Origin: the human T2T-CHM13v2.0 reference genome, Homo sapiens
Assembly: GCF_009914755.1 (NCBI RefSeq)
Contig: NC_060930.1
Length of the DNA: 64,000 nucleotides
Direction: 5' to 3' (one strand)
This document shows positions 12,866 to 25,707 of the stretch, in pieces (within the stretch, counting starts at the first letter, position 1; each line of letters begins with the position of its first letter). The notes beneath the pieces were generated by a model, which ran no database searches, was not told where the DNA came from, and was given only the letters and a program-made list of their open reading frames with translations. The position numbers and the translations under genes were made by a program.

Positions 12866-15220
12866 AGAGACTGCAGGTGTTGCTGCAGTGTCTAAAACAC
12901 AACTGTATATTTTGAGTGGACTCAATCCATCAGTTGAATTTACTAGGTCTTCAAAAGCGAGTGGCAGTTTGTCGCTGGCGGCAGCCCTTCTGGTCCCCGG
13001 GGAGGATCGGTGTCTTTTAGGACAAGAATTTTATCCTACACCCCGTGGCTGTCTTCCTAAGCCAGTACTTTTTTGGAGCTGCAGCGGTCAGGCTCAGAAA
13101 ACCAAGACAGTTCCCACCCTATTTATTTTGTTTTACTAGAGATTAATCTGTCCAATGGGAAGCAATTGTCAACTGATACTCAATAGATGTTCATTTATTT
13201 AATTGTACTGAATCAAACCTGAGGATGACTCTTCTGAACTCTGGAAGATGAGATACACATTTTCGGGGGAAGAGAGCTCTGCTGCCCCCTCCTTCCGGCT
13301 GCTTCCCACTTCCATGGTCCGCCCTGGTCTGGCGAGTCCCTGTGCTCCTTCCCCGTTAGACCTGGACACCTTCCCAGCGGCCCCTTGAATTCACTAGTTC
13401 TGTTCTTTCTGTGGACTCTTTGCCAATCCCAATGCTGCACTGAGTTCCCTTCTAAGTCTCATCTCCTTGAGAAGTTATTTCTGACCAGGTGAGTCTGTAA
13501 TTCTTTCCCCCTCTTTTGAATGGTTATACCAGTTATTGTTTAAACCACTCCTTTGGAACTTAAATACTAACACTAAATCATAAAATATATATTTTATATC
13601 TGCATCTGCCTTTCACTTATCCCCAGTAATACTTTCTGAGAACAGGGACTGTCATATATTTTGTTGAATGATACATTGCTTTTCTCATGTCAGAATCTCA
13701 ACAGACATTTGAAAATTAATCATGGATTAGCTTCAGGTTATTTTCGTGGCCTCGCTGCTCCTATGTTCTCCTCTATTCTCAGTTAGCTCATTTTTAACCT
13801 TTAAATTTATCTATTTGTGAGACTTTGTGATCCTTCCTAATGAGATCTTGAGCCACTAAGATGGAATTATGAGGGCTAGTCCAAGGAGAGGAGTACAGCT
13901 GTCTTAGGTTGTAGAGTTATTTAATCACCACTAAGTCTGACTGGACCCCCAAACTCAGACTAACCTTGTGCTGGCCATGTGGCAGACCAGTCTCATCATC
14001 ACCTTTCCCAAGCAAAGAGGTGTGAGCTGCAGTCACACCTACATCCGGTCTAAGCTGCACCCAAGGTGTGCTCAATCTGGACCTTCGGAGCCCCTCTGGG
14101 AAGGAAGGGGTCCCTGCCCGGGCAGGCCCAATGAAGCCATCTGGAAGCTTCACAGCTAAACTGCCTCTTGAGGAAGCATCCAGGTAGCCATCCTTCTCCT
14201 CATTAGCCACTCTGCAGCTTCGAGTCATGTTGCTCAAGGATTACTTACAGGCAGTTGCCTGGGCTGCATCCCCATCACTGTTCCAGCAAACAGGAAATGA
14301 CAGGGATCCTGGGTCTCCCCATCTCCTGCCTGGAGAATGAGAATTCTCCAGCTAAGGTACCATTTTGGCCTGGGTTGCATGAGATTGGGCTGTCGGTTTA
14401 GGGGATGCAGAGCTGACATTACTAGGTTATTGTCTGTCAAGACGAGTGGCATAGGTGTTCAGGCTCTTTATATAATTTATAACCTTAAAGTGATTATTTC
14501 AATAGCTGTAACTTCACAGATGACTACCTAGCTTCTGACTTTTGAGGCCATTTTTTCCAAGTCTGGGCAAGACTGGATGTGAAGGAGGCTAGCTTGTAGC
14601 CAGTGAATTGCCTTTACACAGAGCGGACCATCCATCCATGTGACATAGAAACTATGTCCCAAATCATGCTGTATTTGATCCCACTTTCTGGGTAGAGAGC
14701 CGACATTGTTTAGTGAAAGGTTTAATTCCAGCCGAATTGTCATGGGACTGTAGTGATGGTTTTGTGCCACTGACACCATCTTGACTCAGTATGTTAATGA
14801 AAGGGTTGGCGTGACAAGGACATATGAACGTGATGAGCCTTTCTCATCAATAGTTACTATTTCAGATGCTCCTCATTTTACTTAGTGAGTATACAGTTCT
14901 CAAAAAGTTGAGTGTAACAAGATCACTGTAAATGGAGCCATTTCATGTGCACAGGGCAGCTCCGTCTTCTAAGAGAGTTTTGATGATGAGAGAAATGTTG
15001 ACCTGGAACATGGTCTCAGTCCCTCCTTCCACGTTTTCAGGTCTCTTTTCCTCCATCCCCAGTGCAGGACTGTACTGATCCAGAGCAACATTCAGCTGCC
15101 ACCCCAGCAAGAAATGCCCACGGCTGTGAAAAAGGAAACATCCCGGGGTGTGGCTCACTCTGGGTGGGGGTTTCCCACCAAAAGGAACGGCAGTGTCACT
15201 CTTTAAAGACGACATCCAGC

Positions 15221-15319
15221 TTCATCCATGTCCTTGCAAAGGACATGAACTCACCCTTTTTATGGCTGCTAAACTGCACATTCTGCACATGTATCCCAGA
15301 ACTTAAAGTTAAAAAAAAA
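15221..15319 (+). mobile_element. 99-bp 5'-inverted (twin-primed) L1PA insertion
   Basis: Antisense L1 segment 15221-15269, then sense L1PA 3' end and poly(A) 15270-15319. TSD AAAGACGAC(A/G)TCCAGC at 15205-15220 and 15320-15335. Confidence 0.9.
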
Positions 15320-15366
15320 AAAGACGACGTCCAGCAGGATTAGAATGATGTCTGTACCTGCTACCA

Positions 15367-15466
15367 CGAGGCCAGCCAAAACAAAACCCACAACAAAACC
15401 CGAGGCCAGCCAAAACAAAACCCACAACAAAACCCGAGGCCAGCCAAAACAAAACCTACAATAAAA
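15367..15466. repeat. 34-bp tandem repeat, ~3 copies
   Basis: CGAGGCCAGCCAAAACAAAACCCACAACAAAACC starting at 15367, 15401 and 15435. Confidence 0.9.
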
Positions 15467-15496
15467 GCGAGAGAAAAAGGTGTGCAAGATTGCATA

Positions 15497-15557
15497 CTTT
15501 ACGATAGAAACCAGGTGGAGGCAACCATGCTTTACGATAGAAACCAGGTGGAGGCAA
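15497..15557. repeat. 33-bp tandem duplication
   Basis: CTTTACGATAGAAACCAGGTGGAGGCAA at 15497 and 15530. Confidence 0.9.
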
Positions 15558-15599
15558 TCGCATGTACATAGCTAGAATAAAATAGGCAAATGCCATATT

Positions 15600-15691
15600 A
15601 TGCAAATATATTTTGGAACTCATTGAAGACAAAGCACAAAGCAGAATTTTAATATGCAAATAAAAACTAGTTTTATAGAAAATATTTGCAT
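15600..15691. promoter_or_regulatory. Cluster of three perfect octamer (POU) motifs
   Basis: ATGCAAAT at 15600 and 15654; ATTTGCAT at 15684. Function is inferred only. Confidence 0.4.
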
Positions 15692-16679
15692 GTGTGCTGA
15701 AAAGCCTACAGATTTATGGTGTGGTAACGGAAGAAAGCAGACCCAATCAACTTGCTTGTGCCTCACGGAATCCCTGGGACTGACGGATTTCTGGCAGCTG
15801 GGTAACTGAACTACGCAGCTCGTAAGTGTGGACGTGTTTCCTGTGGATGTCCCACTTGCCGTATCACTCCTCCTTTTTGCAAAGTCAATGAAGGCATCTT
15901 GGCAGACGTGAGCCTGTGAGGGAGGCCCCCGCTGACAGGCTGTGGGCTGCTCTGAGGTAGTGGACTTCCACGAGTGGGTCCTGAAGGCTTGGCACAGCTC
16001 CCATCTTGCCTTGATTAGATGCTCTCACCTGGCTGGTGCCACGGCCAGGCCGTACCTCCTCATCGGCCTGGACACCTGCCCTCCTGGAGCTTGGCTCCCA
16101 GTGCTGCTCCTTGGAGACAAGCTCTGGTGCCCTCTTGCTGCCTCTTCCCTCTTCTGCCCCCAAAGCAGCCAGTATTTAAGGACCCCGGCCCGAGATGCTG
16201 CCCATCCTTTTCCTTCCATGGCAGGTAGGGCACTGGAACTGTACGCCCTGGAATGGAGCTCAGAGCTCTTCAGCTGGTACCAGCATGGTTACTTCAGGGA
16301 CACAGGTGCGTGTCTGAGCCTCCTGCAGGGCCGAGGTGCTCAGCTGCCTGCTTGAAATGCTTTGTTTACTCCTGTCTTTCCTCTTCTCTCACTCTTCTCC
16401 AGCCTTCCTGTGAACATAAAGTTACACCCGCTGCTTCACCAAGTTGGTGGACAGAGTGATCAGGGTGGATATTTTCGGGAGAAAATGAGCACGGTGGCCC
16501 TGTTCATCAGGGACCAAAACTGGGGATGATGCCTCCGAGACCGGTGTACAGACAGGAAACAGGTGTTACAGGTGGGGAGCCACCTACTTAGGCTCACAGG
16601 TCCTTGTAGGAACTGTGGCAAGCTGGACCGACAGCCCCTTAGGAGTAGATTCGGCCTGTGTGCTCCACATTCAGATGCA

Positions 16680-16850
16680 CCTGGACCTGAATCCCCACCG
16701 CACCACTGTGAGTGAGCTTGAGCCACCGAACTCAGCTTCTCACCTGCAACCGGGGCTCCCATCTCCAGATCCCATGAGGTTATAGTAGAGATCATGTAAG
16801 ACAGTAACATGCAAAGGTTAGTGTCTGCCAGAGCCCAGGAAACGTGATCC
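16680..16850 (+). mobile_element. Degraded MIR
   Basis: CTCAGCTTCTCACCTGCAA...CATGAGGTTATAGTAGAGATCATGTAAGACAGTAACATGCAAAGG. Confidence 0.5.
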
Positions 16851-18059
16851 ACTGTCATTCCCCTCCAGAAGTTCTATGGAAGCCACTGATGACAAGCACA
16901 CATTTATTAATGCGTGTGCGTGATCTCTTCCCCAGGGCTGCGTTTCTCCTGAGGAGCCTTGGCTGTCAGAAGCAGCGTGGCGCCTGCAGCAGTGCCGTGT
17001 TCTGGCGCCGGTCATGGAATTTATTATAAGGGGGGTACTGGGGAGAGACCACGAAGTGGTTAGGAGGGAAGGGCCGGGTTCCACCTCTTTCGGGGCTGGC
17101 AGGACCCTGATCCTTTCGGGGTGAGCTCTCATTGGCTGAGGAGGGTGTGGGGCCCTGCAGAGGTCGCCCCAGGGAACAGCACCTTGCACCCTCTCCTGCT
17201 CCCTGTGCCTGGGGAAACCACACATTCTTGAATGGTTGCCTCCAGGGCTTATGATTTTGGGGAATCAACATGCAGCCCTCCCTGCTCCATCACCTCCCAG
17301 CAAGTCCCCAGGGGTACGGCATCCCCAGCCCCTTTTATCTGTGGTCCCCACACTCAGCTGTCACTGCTGGGGGTCTTGAGTTGCAGCCCCATTTGGCGTT
17401 CATTACCAAAGGAGGGTGGGACACCAGGCATGTTTCGAGGGAATCAGCCTAGCGTTGGCAGCCGGATGGGATGAGGCTTTTCCAGGTGCAGGAGCACACG
17501 GGCCACAGGTGTCAGAGGAAGGGAGCAAGGCACACCTCTATCCTCCCCAGGAAATGGGATTTGCTGGCTGCAGAGGAGCCTGTGGGAGCTCCCTGATGCC
17601 CCGGAGAGGACATGATGTGCTCTCAGAGGCTCAGCACCTGTCAGTCAAAGCTGAGGTTCGCCAATGTGTTTGGGAGGTTGTGTGTCCTGCCTGGTGGATG
17701 CGTGTGAGGCTGTCAGTCACTCGGGCTGGCTCTCCAGTGCCTTGAGGAGCCTCCTGAAGAGGTCAAGCTCAGCCAAGCACTCATGACCTTCACGGAGCTT
17801 CCAGGCCGAAGCTAGGAGCACCTTGTTTCATCAAGAGGCCGCAGCAGCCTGGCCCCACCTGAGCTCACGCCCGGCCTTCACACGCCTCCCTTCAGCAGCA
17901 CCTCAGTTGACCCTCAGTCATTGCAGATTCGCCACTTGTGAAACTACCCACTTGCTGAATTCATTTTCCCCAAATCAGTACTTGGTGCTTTTATGGTGTT
18001 TTGATGACATCGGAAGAATGATGAAAAGTCTGTGTCTCCAAGGCCCAGGTTCCCAGCAG

Positions 18060-18830
18060 AGTGGCCACTGCCCTCTGGTTTCAGCTCATGCTGTAAACAA
18101 GTGCTCTCCACACCGTAGTTAGTCTCACATTTTCATGCTTTTTGTTAGAAATTTTGCTGTTAAACACAGCCTCAAGCGCCGTGAGGAAGTGCCGTTGCTA
18201 GTCTTCCTGGGTGAGGGGAGGCGGTGCTGTGCCTCACGTTGAGAAGCTGCCCTAGGCAGTGACTTGGGTGTTGACATGGTTTGGCTCTGCGTCCTGCACA
18301 AATCTCAGGAGAAACTGTAATTCCCAGTGTTGGAGGAGGGGCCTGGCGGGAGGCAACTGGGTCACGGGGGCAGATTTCCCCCTTGCTGTTCTCGTGATCA
18401 TGAGTGAGTTCTCATGAGATCTGGCTGTTTGAAAGTGTGTAGCACCTCCCCCTTCTCTCTCTCTCTTCCTCCTCCCGCCATGTGAGACGTGTCTGCTTTC
18501 CCTTTGCCTTCTGCCATGATTGTAAGTTTCCTGAGGCCTCCCCAACCATGTGGAACTGTGAGTCAGTTAAACCTCTTTTCTTTATAAATTACCCAGTCTC
18601 AGGTATGTCTTTATAGCACTGAGAGAACGGACTAGTACAAGTGTTAACAACCCATATTAAATCAGGTGTCTTTTAACAGAAACACACATAAAACAAGCTT
18701 ATGTATTGATTGGCTGATGAGAATGGGACCAGAGGCTTTCAGGAGATTCACCAGAGGAGTGATGGTTCGGGACTCACTGACTCAATGTTGGCAGTGACTT
18801 GATGGAACATAATGACAGTGAGGAGCTGCC
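18060..18830. mobile_element. MER82-like Tigger DNA transposon, interrupted by an MSTA LTR
   Basis: TTTCAGCTCATGCTGTAAACAAGTG on the left; GGTGTCTTTTAACAGAAACACACATAAAACAAGCTTATGTATTGAT on the right. Confidence 0.7.
18272..18639 (+). mobile_element. MSTA-like MaLR solo LTR
   Basis: TGACATGGTTTGGCTCTG...GATTGTAAGTTTCCTGAGGCCTCCCC...GGACTAGTACA; TSD GGTGT/AGTGT. Confidence 0.9.
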
Positions 18831-18904
18831 GTCACTTTAGGATATCTCTTTCCTCATCCTTTCCGTCTGCCTCATTGAGCTGCCAACTCACTGCTGAGTC
18901 AGCA

Positions 18905-19025
18905 CCACCCAGCAAAGATATTCCCAGATCCTGGACTTTCAGAAATGGTGTGAGATCATCAATATTTGTTGACTAGGCTGCTAAGTGTTTGGTGACTTTG
19001 TTTCGGAGCCATAGATGGCTGACAC
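18905..19025 (+). mobile_element. Old MLT1 LTR 3' fragment
   Basis: CAGAAATGGTGTGAGATCATCAATATTTGTTG...GCTAAGTGTTTGGTGACTTTGTT...ATAGATGGCTGACAC. Confidence 0.5.
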
Positions 19026-19326
19026 GCAGGCTTCATCCACAGAAGCAGGAGGCTGCACTAAAGACCATGCTGGATCCCTCGGCTGCTGGTCCTGGGGTCC
19101 TGTTGCACTCACCCTGTTGGCGTGGTCTCCCCTCTGGAGCCTGACCCTCTGCCCATCACCTGTAGTGTCTGCAACGCAGGGAAACAGCTGGGCAGGGTTT
19201 GTTAGAGACAGCTGCTTGCGGGAGGGATGGGACTTCCTCTGCAGGCACAACACTCATTGGCACTGCTCGGGGACTCCCAACTTTCAGAATTCTGAAGGCA
19301 ACCCACAAATAGGTTGAGAATGTTAG

Positions 19327-19776
<450 letters not shown>

Positions 19777-20439
19777 TAAACACTTTTGATTCATGTTTAG
19801 CCGGTGGTTATTAAGGGATCTAAGTCTTCTTGCCTCACCTTTCATGGAGAATCCCTTCTTGGGCAGAATGAGGCTGGCCTGAGTGCCCATCTTCACAGAA
19901 CTATTTTGGCCTCTCCTTCCACCACTATCTGGGTGTAGTGAGAACGAAGCTCCGGCTTCTCAGCAATGGTGGTTGGTGTTTAAAAACCTTCAGTTGGTTT
20001 CAGGACAGGCACTGCCGGAGCTCCACACGAAGCTCTGCAGCCACGCCCAAGGGCAGCCTGTTCTGTTGGCCACACAGGGCCCTGCGTGTCACTTGTCATG
20101 TGTAACAAATCTCCCAAACAGCAGCCGGCAGCACCCCAAACCCACAGGCCCGCTTGGCCACCACATTCAGCAGCTGTTACCTTTGCTCATCAATGGCCGT
20201 TCAAACGGCTGCCTATTGATCGTGGGCCTAGAAAGGCACAGCTGAGCTCGTTCAAAGACGTTTGTCACGGAGCCACAGGTTTCCATCTTGACCTTCTTGC
20301 CCTGGTTTTCATTCCTCCTTCTCTTCTCCCACATTCCTCCGACTCTCACTTTTGTTTGCAAACCTCTGGCAAAATGCAGCGTCATTCTTTTTAGGTCGTA
20401 ACAGTCATGGTGGCCGTTGTGCTCCAGCTCTCAGGACAC

Positions 20440-20640
20440 GGGGTCAAGGGCATGGAGGTCCCTTCAGGAGTTGGGGGAGGCTGGCTCTCCGCCTGTCCAC
20501 GTGGGCAGGTCAAGGGAGTGGAGGTTCCGTCAGGAGTGGCGGGAGGCTGGCTCTCCACCTGTCCACCTGGGCAGATGAAGGGTGCAGAGGCGCCTTAAGG
20601 AGCGGTGAGAGGCTGGCTCTCCGCCTGTCCACTTGGGCCG
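20440..20640. repeat. Diverged 66-bp tandem repeat, 3 copies
   Basis: AGGCTGGCTCTCCRCCTGTCCAC at 20478, 20544 and 20610. Confidence 0.85.
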
Positions 20641-20919
20641 ATGCTATCTCCGAGCTGCAGCCTCAAATTGGCTTTGTGCATCTCAAGGCTGGGGAGGAGC
20701 CTGCATGGAGGTGCCGGTGTCTGTGCAGGGGCCACGGGATGCTGAGCTCAGGGCTGCTGTCTGCACCCCTTAAATGGAAGAATGGAGTGCTGGGGAAACA
20801 GGATGGGCTGTCTTCCTGGAGAAGAAGAACTGGAGACCACAAATCCTGTTAGAAACCACGGACTGTGGACTTTAGAGGCCACACAGCCTCAGTTGCAGGG
20901 GTGACAGTAAATCTGCTCT

Positions 20920-21410
20920 TTTAAAATCCTTTATCTTAAAAATTCTCATGCACATCTAAATGTAAAGAGAGAAGGAGAGCGAATCCATCGTCCAGGCTGA
21001 AAAATCAGCCACATCCTGCTACCCTGCCTCCAGCTGTGTCCCCACATGCTTTAAAATAAATCACAGACAACATGTCATCTCTTCCACCTATTTCGTGTCT
21101 CTAGCAAATGGGTTCTCTTCTTCACATCACCGCAGTGTAGTCATTTCACCTGACAGTTAGTGATGATTCCCTAATGTCATCCAATACCCAGTCCGTGTTC
21201 ACTTTCTCTGGTGGCCTCTGAAGGTTTTTTGACCAAGGATGTGCAGCGTGCTTGCGTTGGACTCTGAGCACACCCAGCTGGCCTCCGGACGGCACATCTC
21301 TGAAAGTCCTCAGTCTTCAGCCGTTTCCTACCCCTGTGAAGTGCATTTTAACTGAAGACACTGGGTCATTCTTCCTGTAGAATTTTCACTCTGTTTACCT
21401 GACGCTTTTC
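20920..21410 (-). mobile_element. L1MC4-like 3' fragment
   Basis: GATTCCCTAATGTCATCCAATACCCAGTCCGTGTTCAC and TGAAGACACTGGGTCATT...CTGTAGAATT resemble the L1MC4 3' UTR. Confidence 0.55.
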
Positions 21411-21499
21411 TTGGGCCTTAATGTTGGCATTTCCCCAAATCCCATCCTTGACCGCCTTGTCCCCTGCCTACACTTTCGTCCTGGTTATCACATTTATTC

Positions 21500-21720
21500 C
21501 TAGGACTCTAATTGAGAACTCAATGCTAATGGCTCCCAAGTCTATATATTTTCCCCAGCTCTCTGTCTTGAGATCCAATGGTATCTAAGAGTGCGGGATT
21601 TCTCTGCTTAGATAACACATAATAACTCAAACTTAAAATGTCCAATTCTGAGCTCATCCTCCTCTCCTTCAAGCCTGTTCCTTCCCCTGCCCCATACTCC
21701 TTGAATGAGGATCTGCTGGT
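21500..21720 (+). mobile_element. L2 fragment
   Basis: CTCAAACTTAAAATGTCCAATTCTGAGCTCATCCTCCTCTCC...AAGCCTGTTCCTTCCC. Confidence 0.6.
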
Positions 21721-22416
21721 GTTTCAGACACAGCAAGCCCTGCAACCACTGGAGAATGTGCCCATTATGGAACCGACCATTGGTGGGAACCTGGCTAGGG
21801 GCTCGTTCCTCTAGGGCGTGTGCCTGTGGGAATGCGAGGAGGGTCACTAGTGCACGTGAGGCCCTGGCAATGGGGAGGAGGCCGGAGAGCCGCCGGGCTG
21901 TGTGCAGGAGCTCCAGCTCCACCCATGCCCAGAGCATAGGGCAGGACACAGATGTCGGAGGGAATAGCCCACAGTGGACCCAAGTCCTTTCCAAAGTGCA
22001 AGAGAGAAAATACTGTCCGCCGAGACAAGGGTTGCGCACACACCTCTCCAGCGGCTTTGGGACTAAGTTTGCTGTATGCAGATGTGAGTAACTCCAGCCC
22101 AGGCTGTTTTGCCTTCTCCCTGGAAGCCTGGAATAACGATACCACCAGAGGTTTGTTTTGCCAGTAGTTCTCCATTTTTATGGTGAAGGACGGGGACCCT
22201 GTGCGCATGGAGACTTATCTCTGGGAAGGATGAGGAAGGAGCTCAGTCTTTCTGAATTTTATGGCATAGGTTTCTAAAAACTTTTGCAATAGAAAAATGT
22301 GTAGTTATAAAGAATAAAATCTTAAAAAGTAACACTAGGTGACTAAGGTGGAATGTGGACTGACAAATTCATTTGAGGCTTTTTAACTATTCAGTAAAAT
22401 AAAGCGATGAGGACTC

Positions 22417-22881
22417 TGTATCAGTTACCTATTGGTGCTGTAAAAAGTTACCGCACATGCAGTGGCTTAAAACAACACAAACATATTATCTTACGGTTCT
22501 GGAGAGCACAAGTCCAGCCTCAGTTTCACTGGGCAAAGTCAAGGTGCTGGTGGGCTGGTTCCTGCTGGAGGCCCCACAGCAGTGTGCGTTTCCTTGTTTT
22601 CCAGCTTCCAGGGGCCTGGCCCATTTGTCTTCAAAGCCCGTGGCTCCAGCCTCCGCTTCCGCCACCGTGGGGCCTTCCCTCTGACGCCTCCCTCTTACAG
22701 GGACCCTGGTGATTACCCAGTGTAAACTGGGCCCAGGGTAATCCGGGATAATTTCCTGTCTCAAGGTTCTTAACTTAATCTCATTTGCAAAGTCCCTTTT
22801 GCCTCACAGGTCACAGAATCCTAGGTTCTGGGGATTAGGATGTGGCCATATCCCGGGGGAGGTTATGACTCAGCTACCACA
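22417..22881 (-). mobile_element. MLT1C/D-like MaLR solo LTR
   Basis: TGTATCAGTTACCTATTGGTGCTGTAA...GTGGCTTAAAACAACAC...TTTGCAAAGTCCCTTTTGCC...CTACCACA. Confidence 0.85.
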
Positions 22882-23789
22882 AACATCACATCAAATTGGC
22901 TTGTACGACTGCGTAGATCTTAAATAACAATGGGTCCTTCCTGAGGCTGATTTCCGCTCACTCTCGCTTCTTGTTAGAAACATTTTTGTGTTTCCTTTGC
23001 AGCAGCTTTTCCTCCTCATAGCTGTCCTGCGTCTGACATCAGGTTTCCTTGTTTGCAGGCCTGCCCTGCTCCAGGTACTGACCCAGAAAGAGCTTTGGGA
23101 GCTCCTTTTGGGGGCTCAGTGCCCTATGACTCAGGAGGTAGCTTCTGGGGCCCTTGCCACCACCCGAAGTCTGTAGGCCCTGCTCCCCGGCTGCCTCCCG
23201 CCGGCTCTCGCATGGCCCAGCCCTCCCCTTCCGGGCATCCGCCTCGCCTTGCAGTAGTGAGGCCAGGACAGCCTTGCCCATCTCCCCCTCGCTGCTCAGC
23301 AGAGCCTCTGGCTCTTCCTCTGCTGGCCTCAGCTCCCACTTTTCCTCCTGGTATTCCTCAAAAGTCACAGAGCTCTAGGACCTCCACAAGCTCTTGCAGG
23401 TGGGAAGGAGAGGGACTGGAGTAAATCTGTTCCCACATTCCCAAGGCTGACACATGTGGCAAGGAGGTCACATTCCCTGTGATCCCTGAGTATCTCTGCC
23501 ATCAGAGCAGGGCCGCTGCCATGAGCCTCTGTGTCTGAGCCACACCCCTGCCTGGGGACTTAGCTACTCTGTAGGCCCTGCTGCTCTGGGCCTAGTTCCC
23601 CCGGAGGTGTGAGCCCTCCTAGCATATTCTGCTGACTGATGTTCTTACTCTGCACAGTACCGGCCCTTGTCCATCTCTTCCAAAATGAAGAGAGGCTCCC
23701 AGGGAGGAGGACCCCATGGGGGGCTGCTCGGGCTTCTTGAACTCCAAGGTTTAGATGTTATAAAAATATTTCTTGCAGTACACACACAG

Positions 23790-24500
23790 CCATGTGTGTA
23801 TATGTGCATGTGCACGTGTGTGGGTGTGTGCATGTGTGTAGATATGTGCACATGCTTGGTTTGTGCATTTGTATATGTGGTGTGTGCATGTGTACCCATG
23901 TGTGCATGTATGTCTATCTGCATGTGTGTGGTTTGTGCATATGCATGTGTGTGAAGGTGTGTGCATGTGTGTGTGCATCTGTATGCAGGTGTGTGCATAT
24001 GTTAGCATGTGTATATACATGTGTGGATTTGTGTGTAGGTGTGTTGGCATGTGTGCACACATGTGTGGATTTGTGTGTAGGTGTGTTGGCATATGTGTAC
24101 ACGTGTGGATTTGTGTGTAGGTGTGTTGGCATGTGTATACATGTGTGGATTTGTGTGTAGGTGTGTTGGCATGTGTGTATACATGTGTCCATTTGCGTGT
24201 AGGTGTGTTGGCATGCGTGTATACGTGTGTCCATTTGTGTGTAGGTGTGTTGGCATGTGTGTATACGTGTGTCCATTTGTGGCATGCGTGTATATGTGTG
24301 TCCATTTGTGTGGTGTGTTGGCATGCATGTATACATGTGTGGATTTGTGTGTAGGTGTGTTGGCATGTGTGTATACATGTGTCCATTTGTGTGTAGGTGT
24401 GTTGGCATGTGTGTTGTGCACATGTGTATACATGTGTGCATATGTTGCTTGTGTATGTGTGCATGTGTGTGAACACACGTGCCCTGGAGCATGCACACTT
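23790..24500. repeat. TG-rich tandem array with ~40-bp core unit (GTGTGTTGGCATGTGTATACATGTGTGGATTTGTGTGTAG)
   Basis: About ten core units at ~24000-24420, flanked by degenerate (TG)n/(TGCA) sequence. Confidence 0.95.
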
Positions 24501-25707
24501 TGTAGGGCAGCTCTGGGACAGCTCCCACACCCCCTGAGCTCGGGCGCGGCTGCTCTTTGCTGGATCTGGGCTCATTGCCCTGTCTGATGGGGCTCTCCAG
24601 GATCCCTCCTGCTCCAGGGTTCCTTCTCCCCTTTTTGCATTCTGTCTCTATCCTTCTCTTGGGTCGTGTGTCTGAATGCTAACTACAGAAAGGCCGGCAG
24701 TTTCCCTGAGGGAGCCCTCAGTTCCCATGGGAATCAGGCCCTGTGAAGGGATAATTGGAGGAGTGTGTGGGGGAGAGAAGGTTTCAGCACCTCCTCATGG
24801 GAAATCCACTCACGTCTCAGCTGCAGTGAGCATGCGCCCCGGCAGCGCTGGGCCCCGTCAGTGTGCTTGGTGTTGGGGTACAACCCCACACATGGATTTG
24901 GGCCGTTTTAAGGACCAGCCAGGTCTGCTTTGAACCTGCTCTGATGGGTTGAAAGCAAATGAATAACACGTTGGGCTAAAATCATGTGATTCAGTTTTAT
25001 GCTTTTAGAATTCGCTTTGTCTACTCTCTATTCTGACCATAGGAATAGGAGATGATGTTGAAAATATTTATGAAATGTAAAGCCCAGGGCGCCATGGATT
25101 CGGGCAGTCTGGGTAGCTGCCTGCCCCAGTGACCACAGGGCTGCCCTGGGCCCATGTTGGCTTTGGAAGCAGGTAGTTGTTCAAAGATAAGTAATGGCAA
25201 TAGGTCAGCTTGTTTAGCTGCCCAGGGGTATGTATTGCTGGGAACTCTTTCTGGGTGATGATGTGGGAAAATGTCATTCACGGCCACGATGAACCTATTC
25301 TGAAAGTCATCCAGGTGAGGGTGGCATCGGTGGGGTCCGGTTCTCATCCTGGTGCTGGGACCAGCCCACAGCTGCCTCCCTGGAGCATCCTGACTGCATC
25401 CCAGGGCTTTGGGTTCTTGCTGGTCATTCCCTGAGGGTGGAGAGTGGGGCCGTGGCCACTCACCCGCTTTTTACTTGCATGATCTCATGGCTTCTGGTCA
25501 CTGAGAGGTGCAGGTGTGTAGCCTGATTAGAACCCCTGCCCCTCAAAGCTTGCCTGTTCTGTGGCTTGTGCTTAAGGCCTGGCCGCGGGGAAAGGTGCTC
25601 AGCAAGGGTGGCTTGTGCTGACGGAGGTGCCTTCCAGCACACCCCAGGCATCCTGTGCTGAGGCCTTGGGTTTGGTCTTTTGGAAGCTGAATCTCTGAAC
25701 AACCAGC

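Noticed and set aside
13400-13680. Possible L2 remnant
   Set aside because: Similarity too weak to call by eye.
23645-24587. His/Thr- and Cys/Val-rich ORFs up to 274 aa
   Set aside because: Translations of the TG/CA array; not zinc-finger or metallothionein genes.
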